From an uncultured bacterium (GTDB lineage: Bacteria > Patescibacteriota > Patescibacteriia > Magasanikbacterales > UBA922), in the NCBI GenBank assembly GCA_937861125.1, contig CALMAY010000038.1, positions 190,921 through 254,920 on the forward strand: a stretch of DNA of 64,000 nt, written 5' to 3'. This document shows, in pieces, positions 45,152 through 55,456 of this stretch. Under the pieces are notes generated by a model. It ran no database searches, had not been told where the DNA came from, and saw nothing but the letters and a program-made list of their open reading frames with translations. Numbering within the stretch: the stretch's first letter is position 1; every line of letters starts with the position of its first letter. The translations under genes and the position numbers were made by a program.

Positions 45152-47050
45152 ATGACCACCATACAACTCCGAGACGCATACCTCAACTTTTTCAAAGACC
45201 GCGGACACGCAATTATTCCGTCGGCATCACTCCTACCAGAAAACGATCCAACCACACTCTTTACTGGAAGTGGTATGCAGCCAATGGTGCCATATCTCCT
45301 GGGACAACCACACCCACTCGGCACTCGCATTAGTGATTCACAGAAATCATTTCGTAGTCAAGATATAGAGGAGGTGGGAGACAACCGTCACACAACATTC
45401 TTTGAGATGCTTGGCAACTGGAGTTTGGGTGATTATTTCAAAAAAGAACAGATTGAATGGATGTACGAATTTCTCACAAAAACAGTAGGGCTGAATCCAA
45501 ACCGACTCTACATTACCTGTTTCCGTGGACTAGACAGTATTCCAAAAGATGAGGAAGCAGCCGGGTATTGGCAAGCACAATTTGCCAAAGATGGTATCGA
45601 GGCACCAATTGTTGATTTCCCAGAGGAGAATGGTATGGGGGATGGACGTATCTTTTACTATAATGAAAAAAAGAATTGGTGGAGTCGTGCCGGTGTACCA
45701 AACAACATGCCCGTAGGCGAACCAGGAGGCCCTGACACAGAGATGTTTTGGGATTTTGGCGCACAGATGGGTCTACACGAACAGTCTCAATGGAAAGATG
45801 AACCGTGTCATGTTAACTGCGACTGCGGACGTTTTATGGAGATTGGCAACAATGTCTTTATGCAGTACCAAAAAACTGCTGACGGCTTTATCGAACTTCC
45901 ACAACGCAATGTCGACTTTGGTGGTGGGCTTGAGCGTATCGCTGCCGCACTCTTTGATACACCTGATGTGTTCAAGATTGACCTCTTTGACACAATGCGT
46001 GAAGCGCTCGAGACTGCGAGTGGAAAGAAATATGGCGAAAACACCAAGGAAACATACGCATTCCGCGTTATTTTGGATCATATTCGTGCGAGCACATTTC
46101 TCATTAGCGACAACGCACTCCCAAGTAACAAAGATCAGGGCTATTTCACCCGTCGCATGATTCGTCGTGCTGTTCGGTTTGGACGTGACCTTGGTATCAA
46201 TACCAACTTTATCACTCCTATCACAGATGCGGTGATCAGTACTTACGAAGGACAGTACCCTGAACTTCGTGAAAAAGCAGAGATAATCAAAGCCGAGATT
46301 GAAAAAGAAGAAACCAAATTCCGTCGCACGCTCGAGGCTGGTATGAAACAGTTTGAGATTGTGATTGAAAAAGTAGGGGAGAGTAAACAGATTTCTGGTG
46401 TCGACGCCTTTGACCTCCTCCAGAGTTTTGGTTTCCCAATTGAGGTAACACAGGAACTCGCAACCGAACGAGGTCTAACTATTGATATGGCGGTATTTGC
46501 AGCAGAAAAACAAAGACACCAAGAACTGTCTCGTACTGCATCAGAAGGGAAGTTTAAAGGTGGACTCGCTGATGCATCCGAAGCAACCACAAAACTCCAC
46601 ACCGCACACCATCTTCTCCTCAAAGCACTACAAATCGTACTCGGTCCACACGTCAAACAGCGGGGGAGTAACATCACTGCAGAGCGCCTCCGTATCGACT
46701 TTGTGCACAATGACAAAATGACAGATGAACAGAAACAAGAGGTGGAACGAATTGTGAATGAGCAAATCGCTCTTGATCTCCCAATGACTCGCAGTATCAT
46801 CCCAAAAGAACAAGCAGAGCAGCTCGGTGCCGAGCATGAATTTGGTGCCAAATATCCTGATATGGTTTCTGTCTACTCACTCGGTCCAAAGGGTGCAACG
46901 GTAGAAAACCCACAATTTGAAAACGCATTTTCAATTGAGTTTTGTGGTGGCCCACACGTTGAACGCACGGGAAACTTGGGGACATTTAAGATTCTCAAAG
47001 AAGAGGCGAGTAGTGCTGGAGTGAGACGTATTAAAGCTATACTTGAGTAA
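45152..47050 (+). CDS. alaS: alanine--tRNA ligase, short form (catalytic + tRNA-recognition + editing domains, no C-Ala domain)
   Basis: FFKDRGHAIIPSASLLPENDPTTLFTGSGMQP, FEMLGNWSLGDYFK, the editing-domain HTAHHLL and CGGPHV. About 632 aa from ATG 45152. Confidence 0.95.
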   Translation: MTTIQLRDAYLNFFKDRGHAIIPSASLLPENDPTTLFTGSGMQPMVPYLLGQPHPLGTRISDSQKSFRSQDIEEVGDNRHTTFFEMLGNWSLGDYFKKEQIEWMYEFLTKTVGLNPNRLYITCFRGLDSIPKDEEAAGYWQAQFAKDGIEAPIVDFPEENGMGDGRIFYYNEKKNWWSRAGVPNNMPVGEPGGPDTEMFWDFGAQMGLHEQSQWKDEPCHVNCDCGRFMEIGNNVFMQYQKTADGFIELPQRNVDFGGGLERIAAALFDTPDVFKIDLFDTMREALETASGKKYGENTKETYAFRVILDHIRASTFLISDNALPSNKDQGYFTRRMIRRAVRFGRDLGINTNFITPITDAVISTYEGQYPELREKAEIIKAEIEKEETKFRRTLEAGMKQFEIVIEKVGESKQISGVDAFDLLQSFGFPIEVTQELATERGLTIDMAVFAAEKQRHQELSRTASEGKFKGGLADASEATTKLHTAHHLLLKALQIVLGPHVKQRGSNITAERLRIDFVHNDKMTDEQKQEVERIVNEQIALDLPMTRSIIPKEQAEQLGAEHEFGAKYPDMVSVYSLGPKGATVENPQFENAFSIEFCGGPHVERTGNLGTFKILKEEASSAGVRRIKAILE

Positions 47051-47060
47051 ATAATATAAT

Positions 47061-47567
47061 ATGTCTGTTGAAAACCCTGCACATGAACGGGAAACACTTA
47101 TCCATAATCTTAGTTTACAATATCAAAAAATCAATCAGGATGTTCGCAGAGAGCTTGTTGCATTTGATGGATTTATACAAACTGCCATAGACACACTCGA
47201 CCCACCAAACAATGTAGGTGAACATTTTTCTCCAGAAGAAATTGATACTCGAGTTACTGATTTAAATGCTCATTTTTCGAGGATGAAAGAATGTCTTTTT
47301 GGGGCACTCACTACTCTGAAACAAACAGAACAAAACAGAGAGAGCCTTATTTTATTAGCAGAGAAAACTCTTCCTGAATCTATCCAAACCCCTTTACGTG
47401 AACTCAAACGTTTTCTTGAACTACATAATCTAGTAAATTTACTTAGTCTCATTAAGTATAACGCTTTACTTGCTCCAGTAGCAGATGAAGGAGAACGGCT
47501 TGGTCTTGCACACGAAGCGCTTTTAGAAACCTTACAACAGATCATAGAAAAAGATTCTATCTTGTGA
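47061..47567 (+). CDS. hypothetical protein
   Basis: 168 aa and probably helical. No recognisable motif. Its stop overlaps the next gene's GTG start. Confidence 0.5.
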   Translation: MSVENPAHERETLIHNLSLQYQKINQDVRRELVAFDGFIQTAIDTLDPPNNVGEHFSPEEIDTRVTDLNAHFSRMKECLFGALTTLKQTEQNRESLILLAEKTLPESIQTPLRELKRFLELHNLVNLLSLIKYNALLAPVADEGERLGLAHEALLETLQQIIEKDSIL

Positions 47568-47947
47568 CACACAATCTTTTTAGACAATTTCTTTCCTACA
47601 CCTGGATCGGCATGAGTGCCGTGCTTTTGGATCTCGTCAGTCTCACTATTCTCAAAGAATTTTTTGATATTCGCCCGTTCATTGCCGTGATTATCAACCA
47701 GGCATTTCTCATCCTCTACGTCTTTACCCTCAACAAACTTATCACTTTCAAAAACACCGACCTCCCACACCGTCAGTTTATCCGTTTCTGCATCCTCGCG
47801 GCGTGGAACTACCTCTTTGCTGTCGGAGCGATGTTTGTCCTCAATGAGCTCTATGAGGTGCACCACCTGATTGTTCGTATCGGGTGTATTGGAGTGGCGG
47901 TGTGTTGGAACTTTTTTTTGTACAAGAAGTGGGTGTATAGACCGTAG
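47564..47947 (+). CDS. GtrA-family membrane protein
   Basis: 127 aa and 4 TM. FRQFLSYTWIGMSAVLLDLVSLTIL and NKLITFKN are typical GtrA-like features. Confidence 0.7.
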   Translation: MTHNLFRQFLSYTWIGMSAVLLDLVSLTILKEFFDIRPFIAVIINQAFLILYVFTLNKLITFKNTDLPHRQFIRFCILAAWNYLFAVGAMFVLNELYEVHHLIVRIGCIGVAVCWNFFLYKKWVYRP

Positions 47948-47956
47948 ACATAGATT

Positions 47957-48027
47957 AAGAATAAGATTAAGATTATTGCCAACTGACGCTTTATCAGAAT
48001 CTCAATCTCAATCTTAATCTCATTCTT
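47957..48027. repeat. long AT-rich inverted repeat built from 6-bp units (AAGATT / AATCTC)
   Basis: The arms 47957-47974 and 48010-48027 pair at 17 of 18 positions around a 35-nt loop. It lies immediately after the gtrA-like stop. The AATCTC units resemble the secA heptamer block. Confidence 0.8.
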
Positions 48028-48160
48028 CAAAACTAGCCACCACCACAAACCTATGCTATACTACACATACGTCTAAGCAAAGGTTATCCACACACAATTT
48101 TCCTTGACATTCATCTGAATTTGGTGTATTATTGCGCCACGTTCACTAACACTCACAAAA

Positions 48161-48379
48161 ATGGCTAAAGAAAGCGATTTTATCGAAGTAAAAGGATCCA
48201 TTGAGGAACTTTTACCTGGTGCAAAGTTTCGAGTAACCCTCGAAAACGGTCTTGGCGTCACAGCTCATTTGGCTGGAAAAATACGCAAAAACCGTATTCG
48301 CATCGGTATTGGTGACGAGGTAAAAGTGGAGATTTCTCCATACGATTTGACCAAAGGTCGAATCACATACCGATACTAA
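48161..48379 (+). CDS. infA: translation initiation factor IF-1
   Basis: [30 protein letters not shown]...[44 protein letters not shown]-17-TATTAT lies upstream. Confidence 0.97.
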   Translation: MAKESDFIEVKGSIEELLPGAKFRVTLENGLGVTAHLAGKIRKNRIRIGIGDEVKVEISPYDLTKGRITYRY

Positions 48380-48508
48380 TCCGTTTATACAATTTATTCA
48401 AAGTGTATCAACCAGTGTGGTGGAGCCATATTCCCTCTGTATATTGCAGATCTGTCTGTTAGGGAAGGCTAAGATATCACGGCAGTGGTTGGTATATTTT
48501 ATTTTTAT

Positions 48509-48646
48509 ATGAAAGTACACACAGGAGTCAAACCTCGCTGTATGAAGTGCAAAATCGTCCGACGTCGAGGGGCGGTGCACTGCATCTGCGAAAACCCACG
48601 CCACAAACAGCGTCAAGGTCACAAGCAACGCACAAAAGCGGGCTAG
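48509..48646 (+). CDS. rpmJ: 50S ribosomal protein L36
   Basis: Hand translation: [45 protein letters not shown], 45 aa, below the ORF-track size cutoff. Confidence 0.9.
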   Translation: MKVHTGVKPRCMKCKIVRRRGAVHCICENPRHKQRQGHKQRTKAG

Positions 48647-48678
48647 TATAGTCACTTAACAGTTTTATTTTTTACGTT

Positions 48679-49065
48679 ATGCGTCTTTCAGGAGTCAATC
48701 TCCCAAAACCAAAACGTCTAGAGGTCGCATTGACCTACGTCTACGGTATTGGGCCTACTCGTGCCAAAGAAATTTTGGCAAAAACAAAACTCAGCGGTGA
48801 CATTCGTGTCAAGGATCTTACTCAAGATCAAGAAGATGCGATCCGCTCATTTGTAGAAAAAGAATACAAAACAGAAGGTGACCTTCGTCGTGATGTTTCA
48901 GCAAACATCAAACGTCTCAAGGACATCAAAAGTTTTCGTGGGAGTCGTCATGCACGCAATTTGCCTGCACGTGGACAACGCACAAAAACAAATAGCCGCA
49001 CAACTCGTGGTAATAAACGCAACATGGCTCCAAGTGGTAAAAAGCCAGTTGCACAAAAGACCTAA
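48679..49065 (+). CDS. rpsM: 30S ribosomal protein S13
   Basis: [33 protein letters not shown]... Confidence 0.98.
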   Translation: MRLSGVNLPKPKRLEVALTYVYGIGPTRAKEILAKTKLSGDIRVKDLTQDQEDAIRSFVEKEYKTEGDLRRDVSANIKRLKDIKSFRGSRHARNLPARGQRTKTNSRTTRGNKRNMAPSGKKPVAQKT

Positions 49066-49083
49066 TCTTTTGTTTGAAATTGT

Positions 49084-49485
49084 ATGACAACATCGACAGA
49101 TAAAAAAGTAGTTGCTAAAAAGAAAAAGACAGTGAAAAGCGTACCACACGCACACGTCTATATTCAGGCAACATTCAACAACACTATCATCTCATTTACT
49201 GATCAAACTGGTAATGTACTGGGTTGGTCAAGTGCAGGTGCAAGTGGATTTAAAGGTCCAAAAAAAGCAACTCCATACGCAGCTGGACAAGTCGTCAAAA
49301 AAATTGCTGACTCAATCGAGGCGTACGGTGTCAAAGAAGTGAATGTATTTGTCAAAGGCATCGGTGGTGGACGTGAAGGTGCAATCCGCGCCCTCAACAC
49401 ACAAGGGTACACTGTCCTTTCTATTAAAGATACAACACCATTACCACACAACGGTTGTCGTCCACCAGGACGTCGCCGCGTTTAG
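49084..49485 (+). CDS. rpsK: 30S ribosomal protein S11
   Basis: HVYIQATFNNTIISFTDQTGNVLGWSSAGASGFKG.KKATPYAA...PHNGCRPPGRRRV. Confidence 0.98.
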   Translation: MTTSTDKKVVAKKKKTVKSVPHAHVYIQATFNNTIISFTDQTGNVLGWSSAGASGFKGPKKATPYAAGQVVKKIADSIEAYGVKEVNVFVKGIGGGREGAIRALNTQGYTVLSIKDTTPLPHNGCRPPGRRRV

Positions 49486-49539
49486 CCTATTATTTATTCA
49501 GATATTTAACTGGCAAACTGATTAACTGATTACTTCACT

Positions 49540-50160
49540 ATGGGACGTTATACTGGACCAAAAAACAAACTCGCTCGACGCTATGGCGTTGATCTTGGGT
49601 TGAAACAAAACTCATCTAAAGTAGCTCGTCGTTTGACACAAGCTCCTGGTGTACACGGTGCAAAACGCCGTCCAGCATCTTCATCATTTGGAAAACAACT
49701 TGTCGAAAAACAGAAAGCAAAATTTGTCTACGGACTTCGCGATACACAGCTTCGCCGTCTCGTCAATTTGGCTACTGGTATGTCAGGTGATTCTGGTATG
49801 AATTTGATGCAACTCCTCGAAAAACGTATGGACAACCTCGTCTATCGTCTTGGATTTGCAGGAACTCGTGCACAAGCACGTCAGATGGTAACACACAACA
49901 TGTTTACCCTCAACGGTAAAAAAATGAACATTGCTTCACATCTTGTCTCTGTTGGAGATGTGGTTGCGCTCAAGCCTACCAAGGCAAAGAGTAAATTATT
50001 TGATGGATTGGAAGAGCGATTGCAGGCAAAAAATTTGCCATCCTGGGTGTCTGTCGACCCAAGTGCAAAAACAGGGAAGGTGCTCAATGAGCCAGCACAG
50101 GCTGATCTCGAACACATCTTTGATGTGACTCAGATCATTGAGTTCTACTCAACTCGCTAA
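49540..50160 (+). CDS. rpsD: 30S ribosomal protein S4
   Basis: MGRYTGPKNKLARRYGVDL... and the S4 domain RMDNLVYRLGFAGTRAQARQMVTHNMFTLNGKKMNIAS. Confidence 0.98.
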   Translation: MGRYTGPKNKLARRYGVDLGLKQNSSKVARRLTQAPGVHGAKRRPASSSFGKQLVEKQKAKFVYGLRDTQLRRLVNLATGMSGDSGMNLMQLLEKRMDNLVYRLGFAGTRAQARQMVTHNMFTLNGKKMNIASHLVSVGDVVALKPTKAKSKLFDGLEERLQAKNLPSWVSVDPSAKTGKVLNEPAQADLEHIFDVTQIIEFYSTR

Positions 50161-50210
50161 CACTCTTCTTTACTGAGGGAATTTTCCCTCGTTAATCATG
50201 CGTTTTTCGT

Positions 50211-50912
50211 ATGGAACAAATCTTTCTTCCAACATCAATCGATTTTCTTGAGGGCGACCGACCACATGTGGGTAAAGTCGTCATGACACCATGCCGCCAA
50301 GGATATGGTACTACTATTGGAAACGCACTTCGTCGTGTTCTCCTTTCATCTCTTCCAGGTGCAGCAGTAGAAACTATCAAAATTGACGGTGTTGCACATG
50401 AGTTTGCAGCAATTGATGGTGTCCTTGAGGACGTCATTCAAGTCATCCTCAATGTCAAACAAATGTCCGTTATTGTTCATGCAGAGGATACAGTAACACT
50501 GAGTTTGACAAAAAAAGGATCTGGACCGGTAACTGCTGGTGACTTTGCAAAAAATTCTGATGTAGAAATTGTCAACCCAGAGCTGCTACTGATGAACATT
50601 ACTGACCCAAAGACAACCATTAATATGGAAATCACAGTAGGAAAAGGACGTGGTTTTATCCCTGCTGCTGAAAAAAACACAAAAGATCTTCCACTTGGCA
50701 CAATTGCCATCGACTCACTCTATACTCCTATCCGCGATGTAGGATATGATGTAGAGCTTACTCGTGTGGGAGACATCACTGATTATGAACGTTTGACTGT
50801 TACAATTGAAACAAATGGGACCATTACACCAAAAGAATCAATTGCACAAGCAACACAAATTTTGATGGATCACTTCTCATTACTGCTCACTGAAGCAGGG
50901 CGTGAGGGTTAA
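50211..50912 (+). CDS. rpoA: DNA-directed RNA polymerase subunit alpha, N-terminal domain only
   Basis: 233 aa. GYGTTIGNALRRVLLSSLPGAAV and the dimerisation/assembly domain run through ...ILMDHFSLL. There is no linker or alpha-CTD. rplQ starts 14 nt after the stop. Confidence 0.93.
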   Translation: MEQIFLPTSIDFLEGDRPHVGKVVMTPCRQGYGTTIGNALRRVLLSSLPGAAVETIKIDGVAHEFAAIDGVLEDVIQVILNVKQMSVIVHAEDTVTLSLTKKGSGPVTAGDFAKNSDVEIVNPELLLMNITDPKTTINMEITVGKGRGFIPAAEKNTKDLPLGTIAIDSLYTPIRDVGYDVELTRVGDITDYERLTVTIETNGTITPKESIAQATQILMDHFSLLLTEAGREG

Positions 50913-50925
50913 ACACCTATTATTT

Positions 50926-51288
50926 ATGCGACACAGAAAAGAAGGAAGAACATTTGGCCGAGAAAAAGCACCACGCGAAGCGATGATGCGTTCTTTGGCC
51001 GAAAGTCTGATCCTCCACGGATCAATCACAACCACAACAGCAAAAGCAAAAGAGTTACGTCGTTTTATTGAACCACTTGTCACAAAAGCAAAAAGTAGTC
51101 GTGGCAGTGAGGTTTCAAAACGCCGAATCTTGACAAGTGCACTCTACACTGACAAAGTTGTTGTAAAATTGATGAAAGAGGTAGCACCACAGTATGTCGG
51201 ACGTAGTGGTGGATACACTCGTATTACCAAAATTGGCAATCGCTTTAATGATGCCGCCGACATGTCGGTGATAGAATTTGTTTCATAA
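50926..51288 (+). CDS. rplQ: 50S ribosomal protein L17
   Basis: MRHRKEGRTFGREKAPREAMMRSLAESLILHGSITTT.AKAKELRRFIEPLVT. Confidence 0.95.
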   Translation: MRHRKEGRTFGREKAPREAMMRSLAESLILHGSITTTTAKAKELRRFIEPLVTKAKSSRGSEVSKRRILTSALYTDKVVVKLMKEVAPQYVGRSGGYTRITKIGNRFNDAADMSVIEFVS

Positions 51289-51289
51289 T

Positions 51290-51688
51290 ATGCCTACACG
51301 TAGACAGATCCAAGTCAAATCTGCTTCTATTGCGGACAATCTCCGCAGTACGCATGAACTTGACGCCAAAGACATGGCAGTGGGACGCTTGGCAGCAGCT
51401 ATAGCGACATTGCTTATGGGCAAACACAAACCAGAATTCCAATCTCATATTGATTGTGGAGACTATGTTGTGGTAAAAAACGCAGGAAAATTGAAATTTA
51501 CTGGAAAAAAATTGGTGCAAAAAGATTATTACCACCACACCATGCATCCAGGTGGTATCGTTCGTACACCATTGGCACATGTATTTGCTACTGATCCAGG
51601 TGAAGTAATCCGCAAAGCAGTCAACGGAATGTTGCCAAAAAACAAACATCGCGAAGTTCGTATGGCACGTTTAACTATCAATTCATAA
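51290..51688 (+). CDS. rplM: 50S ribosomal protein L13
   Basis: DAKDMAVGRLAAAIATLLMGKHKPEF..HIDCGDYVVVKNA and MLPKNKHR. Confidence 0.95.
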   Translation: MPTRRQIQVKSASIADNLRSTHELDAKDMAVGRLAAAIATLLMGKHKPEFQSHIDCGDYVVVKNAGKLKFTGKKLVQKDYYHHTMHPGGIVRTPLAHVFATDPGEVIRKAVNGMLPKNKHREVRMARLTINS

Positions 51689-51692
51689 TTGT

Positions 51693-52106
51693 ATGAAGGA
51701 AAAAGCTACAACAAAAGACACTTCTACAACTCGTGCAGTTGGACGACGCAAAGCTGCTTCAGCTCGTGTTCGTTTGAGTCTTGGTAAAGGTATTGTCACA
51801 ATCAACGGAAAAGAGTTGACACAATACTTCAAAACACCTATTTTGCAGCAAACAGCAACTGCACCACTACGCACTGTTGGACGTCAAGACAGTCTTGATG
51901 TGTCAGTCAAAGTAGTTGGAGGTGGTACAACAGGTCAGGCTGGTGCGGTACGACATGGTATTGCACGTGCACTCGTTGCATGGGACGAAACCCTCAAACC
52001 AATGCTCAAAGCAGAAGGTTTTATGACACGCGATGCTCGTTCAAAAGAACGCAAAAAGTTTGGTCAGCCAAAAGCCCGTCGTGGACGTCAATGGAGAAAA
52101 CGTTAA
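51693..52106 (+). CDS. rpsI: 30S ribosomal protein S9
   Basis: GRRKAASARVRL..G.G.VTINGKEL ... GGGTTGQAGAVRHGIARAL ... RDARSKERKKFGQPKARRGRQWRKR. Confidence 0.97.
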   Translation: MKEKATTKDTSTTRAVGRRKAASARVRLSLGKGIVTINGKELTQYFKTPILQQTATAPLRTVGRQDSLDVSVKVVGGGTTGQAGAVRHGIARALVAWDETLKPMLKAEGFMTRDARSKERKKFGQPKARRGRQWRKR

Positions 52107-52130
52107 TCTCATTTCAACATACCAAAAACT

Positions 52131-52155
52131 CATGTGTACTGCACGTGGGTTTTTT
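52131..52155 (+). terminator. probable intrinsic terminator after rpsI
   Basis: CATGTG tactg CACGTG forms 6 bp including one G-U, followed by GGTTTTTTG. Confidence 0.5.
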
Positions 52156-52193
52156 GTTTGTCTTTCGATGTAAAACAGAGTACAATAGACACC

Positions 52194-53624
52194 ATGTCCA
52201 TCCACACCATTGCCAAAAATACCTCTTTTATTACCGCTGCATCAGTATTGCAGAAGGTTTTTTCGTTTATTTATTTTACCCTTGTTGCACGCACGATTGG
52301 AGTAGAGGCGACAGGACAGTATACATTTGCATTGGCATTCACCACTGTGTTTGTTATTTTTATCGACCTCGGATTTACTCAGGTATTAATCCGTGAAGGT
52401 GCCAAACAAAAAGACAAACTACAGACATACTTTTCTAACATTTTGTTTGTCAAAATATTTGCAGGGTTTATCACGTACATTACACTTTGGATCATTACCA
52501 GCAATTCAGAATACAGCACAGTAACACAGACATTGATACTGATATCTGGTGTCACCATGTTGTTTGATTCACTACATTTGACCAACTACGCAGTACTGCG
52601 CGCACAAGAAAACTTACGCTACGAAGCGCTTGGTCTGATTGGTAGTCAAGGCCTAACACTCTTGATCGGCTCATGCTTTCTTTGGTATGGTGCACCGCTA
52701 CCATTTCTCATGTTAGCATTTTTAATTCCTAGTGTTTGCAACGTACTGTACTCATTTTTTATATTGATTAAACGCTACAGCATATATCCAATTCCAACAT
52801 GTAACCTCGATGTACTGTCACCGCTCATCAAAATGATGATTCCATTCGCAATAGCAGCGATTCTTGCACGTTTATATTCGTATGCTGACACACTTATCCT
52901 CGCACACATGGCGGGGGAGAGTGCCGTCGGACTCTATAGCGTCCCATATAAAATCACGTATGCATTCCAGTTCATTCCACTGGCTCTTGGGGCAGCACTG
53001 TACCCAAAGTTTAGCTACTCATTTGAACATGAAAAAGAAAATATTCCAAAATTACTACGTCAATCAATACAGTATCTTTTTTTATGTGTCATACCTATCT
53101 CAATAGGTTTGAGCGTCCTTGCACCTACTATTATTCCGCTTATTTACACAGATGCCTATACTGGATCAATACTAACACTACAAATTCTTCTCACTGGTTT
53201 AATTTTTTCTTTTTTAACATTTCCACTGGGCGCATTACTCAATGCATGTAACAAACAGCATATCCAAACAGGTATTATTGCCTGTGCACTCGTTTTGAAT
53301 GTTATTCTCAATATTATTTTAATTCCAGCTTACTCTATTATCGGCGCAGCACTTGCTGCACTACTTGGCAATATATTCTTTGTTGTTTGTGGTCTATTTG
53401 CTGCGCGCACGCTCGCTCGTGGTTGGTTTATACAAGCATATACATCACTAGGCGGTATCACGCTCTCTGGAATCATTATGGGGGGTGTTGTGTGGTACAG
53501 TACACACTATATTCATTTTATCCTCTCTATCGGACTTGGTGCGCTCGTGTACGTTGGATGTCTCTTTTTGTTTCATATTGTAAGTATAGCATCACTCAAA
53601 CAGATGCTTCGTATATCTCAATAA
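52194..53624 (+). CDS. polysaccharide/oligosaccharide flippase (Wzx/MOP superfamily)
   Basis: About 14 TM. The N-terminus KNTSFITAASVLQKVFSFIYFTLVARTIG is typical of the Polysacc_synt family. I use ATG 52194. Confidence 0.8.
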   Translation: MSIHTIAKNTSFITAASVLQKVFSFIYFTLVARTIGVEATGQYTFALAFTTVFVIFIDLGFTQVLIREGAKQKDKLQTYFSNILFVKIFAGFITYITLWIITSNSEYSTVTQTLILISGVTMLFDSLHLTNYAVLRAQENLRYEALGLIGSQGLTLLIGSCFLWYGAPLPFLMLAFLIPSVCNVLYSFFILIKRYSIYPIPTCNLDVLSPLIKMMIPFAIAAILARLYSYADTLILAHMAGESAVGLYSVPYKITYAFQFIPLALGAALYPKFSYSFEHEKENIPKLLRQSIQYLFLCVIPISIGLSVLAPTIIPLIYTDAYTGSILTLQILLTGLIFSFLTFPLGALLNACNKQHIQTGIIACALVLNVILNIILIPAYSIIGAALAALLGNIFFVVCGLFAARTLARGWFIQAYTSLGGITLSGIIMGGVVWYSTHYIHFILSIGLGALVYVGCLFLFHIVSIASLKQMLRISQ

Positions 53625-53631
53625 TGCTCGT

Positions 53632-54759
53632 ATGAAAAAATCACTCCTCATCACACTCGAATTTCCACCCACTATCGGCGGTATTGCAACATACTGTGAC
53701 AACCTAGCAATATATCTATCATCTGACGTCGTTGTATTGCAACATGGAAAAAAGAATACAAAGACGATCAATGGACAAACACATTACACTCGTCCACTTT
53801 TCTTCCCAAAAATACTCTGGCCTCGTTGGGTACGTGGATTATTTCATGTTTGGTACATCGCACGAAAAGAAAAAGTTGAAACACTCTTAGTTCATCATAT
53901 ACTACCTATTGGTACTATCGCATATATCCTCAATATATTTACTAAACGAACATACATTCTTTTTTTCCACGGCACTGATATTATCATGGCCAATGAGCGC
54001 CCAATGAAACGATGGCTCGCTCGTCATATTATTCGACGTGCCAAAGCGTGCATTGTAAATTCAACATTTGTAGGTAAACAAGTAATTGAACTAGAAAAAA
54101 GTGCTGAACAAAAACTGCATACTATCTATCCAACACCGCAAGCATGTTTTCTCGCTCCACGAGATGAACAAAAGATACAAACACTCACAGATACACTTGC
54201 ACTCAATGGTAAAACAGTGATGCTGACTGTCAGCCGCATTGATGAAGGAAAAGGATTTACCCACCTGACGCGCATCCTCCCAAAACTCCTCGAACAGATT
54301 CCCCAGCTCACATGGCTCGTCCTAGGAGATGGACCAAAACGAATAGACTGGTGGAAACAAGTAGAGTCTGCCAAATTGCAAGGGAGTGTCCGCTATATTG
54401 GTTCTATACCACAAGAGCAACTTCCTCACTACTATGATCTCGCTGACTGTTTTGTCCTTCTCACACACACTGACGACAAGCGGCAAGAAGGAGCGGGAAC
54501 AGTCTTCCTCGAGGCTATGGCACGCAATGTGCCAGTAATCGCTGGACGAACTGGTGGTGTCCCAGACATAGTACATAACAATGAAAATGGCACACTCGTT
54601 GACGTTTATCGTGGAGACGATCTGATTATCGATGCTATTATAAAAACACTAACAAACAAAGAAAAGACGATACAACAAGTAACAATCGCACACCAAGAGG
54701 TAGTCAGCACGTATAGACCAGAAAAACAGTTTGAAACACTCAAAACACTTTTGTCATAA
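53632..54759 (+). CDS. glycosyltransferase family 4 (GT-B)
   Basis: LITLEFPPTIGGIATY and the C-terminal EGAGTVFLEAMARNVPVIAGRTGGVPDIV. Confidence 0.85.
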   Translation: MKKSLLITLEFPPTIGGIATYCDNLAIYLSSDVVVLQHGKKNTKTINGQTHYTRPLFFPKILWPRWVRGLFHVWYIARKEKVETLLVHHILPIGTIAYILNIFTKRTYILFFHGTDIIMANERPMKRWLARHIIRRAKACIVNSTFVGKQVIELEKSAEQKLHTIYPTPQACFLAPRDEQKIQTLTDTLALNGKTVMLTVSRIDEGKGFTHLTRILPKLLEQIPQLTWLVLGDGPKRIDWWKQVESAKLQGSVRYIGSIPQEQLPHYYDLADCFVLLTHTDDKRQEGAGTVFLEAMARNVPVIAGRTGGVPDIVHNNENGTLVDVYRGDDLIIDAIIKTLTNKEKTIQQVTIAHQEVVSTYRPEKQFETLKTLLS

Positions 54760-54760
54760 T

Positions 54761-55456
54761 ATGAGCCAACCACTCATTAGTATTGTCATTCCTGTCTGGA
54801 ATCCAAAACCAGGTGTTTTGGATCAGGTACTCAAATCAATTGACATGCAAACATACAAAAATCTGGAAGTGATTGTAGTCAATGATGGTGGCGTAGAATT
54901 ACCCGTTACGCGTTACCCATTACGCATTACATATATCAACCAACCACACTTAGGAGCACCGGCAGCACGTAATAATGGCTTACGCAATGCTTCAGGTGAA
55001 TACGTTATCTTTTGGGATGCAGATGTCATCGGAAACAAAGACATGATAGAAACACTTGTTGGCGCACTTGAAAAAAACCCAAGTGTCTCTTTTGCCTATT
55101 GTAATTTTTATTTTGGTTGGAAAAAAATGAAAGGACAAAATTTTAATATTGAAAGATTAAAAGATTGTAATTATATTACTTCGACAACCTTAATAAGAAA
55201 AAAAGACGCGATACAATGGGACGAATCGTTGAAACGTTTTCAAGATTGGGATTATTTTCTCACACTCGCAGAGCTGGGAAAGCAGGGGATTTGGGTGGAT
55301 GAATATCTATTTCGCGCAATAACTGGTGGTACGATGAGTACATGGCTCCCATCGTTTGTATACAAAAAACCATGGTGTTATCTGCCATGGTTTAGAGAGA
55401 GGGTTGAGAAATACAAAAAAGCAAAAGAAGTGATCATAAGAAAACACTCGCTATAG
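54761..55456 (+). CDS. glycosyltransferase family 2
   Basis: ISIVIPVWN, EVIVVNDGG, ARNNGLRNASGEYVIFWDADV. Confidence 0.85.
   Translation: MSQPLISIVIPVWNPKPGVLDQVLKSIDMQTYKNLEVIVVNDGGVELPVTRYPLRITYINQPHLGAPAARNNGLRNASGEYVIFWDADVIGNKDMIETLVGALEKNPSVSFAYCNFYFGWKKMKGQNFNIERLKDCNYITSTTLIRKKDAIQWDESLKRFQDWDYFLTLAELGKQGIWVDEYLFRAITGGTMSTWLPSFVYKKPWCYLPWFRERVEKYKKAKEVIIRKHSL

Noticed and set aside
45152-47050. Short AlaRS (no C-Ala domain) as a novelty
   Set aside because: The truncation is real in the sequence, but C-terminally shortened AlaRS forms are known in reduced genomes. I note it in the features only.
50176-50191. Hairpin GAGGGA-attt-TCCCTC between rpsD and rpoA as a terminator or S4 operator
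   Set aside because: It is a short 6-bp stem with no U-tract and no resemblance I can verify to the S4-binding pseudoknot. Too little evidence.
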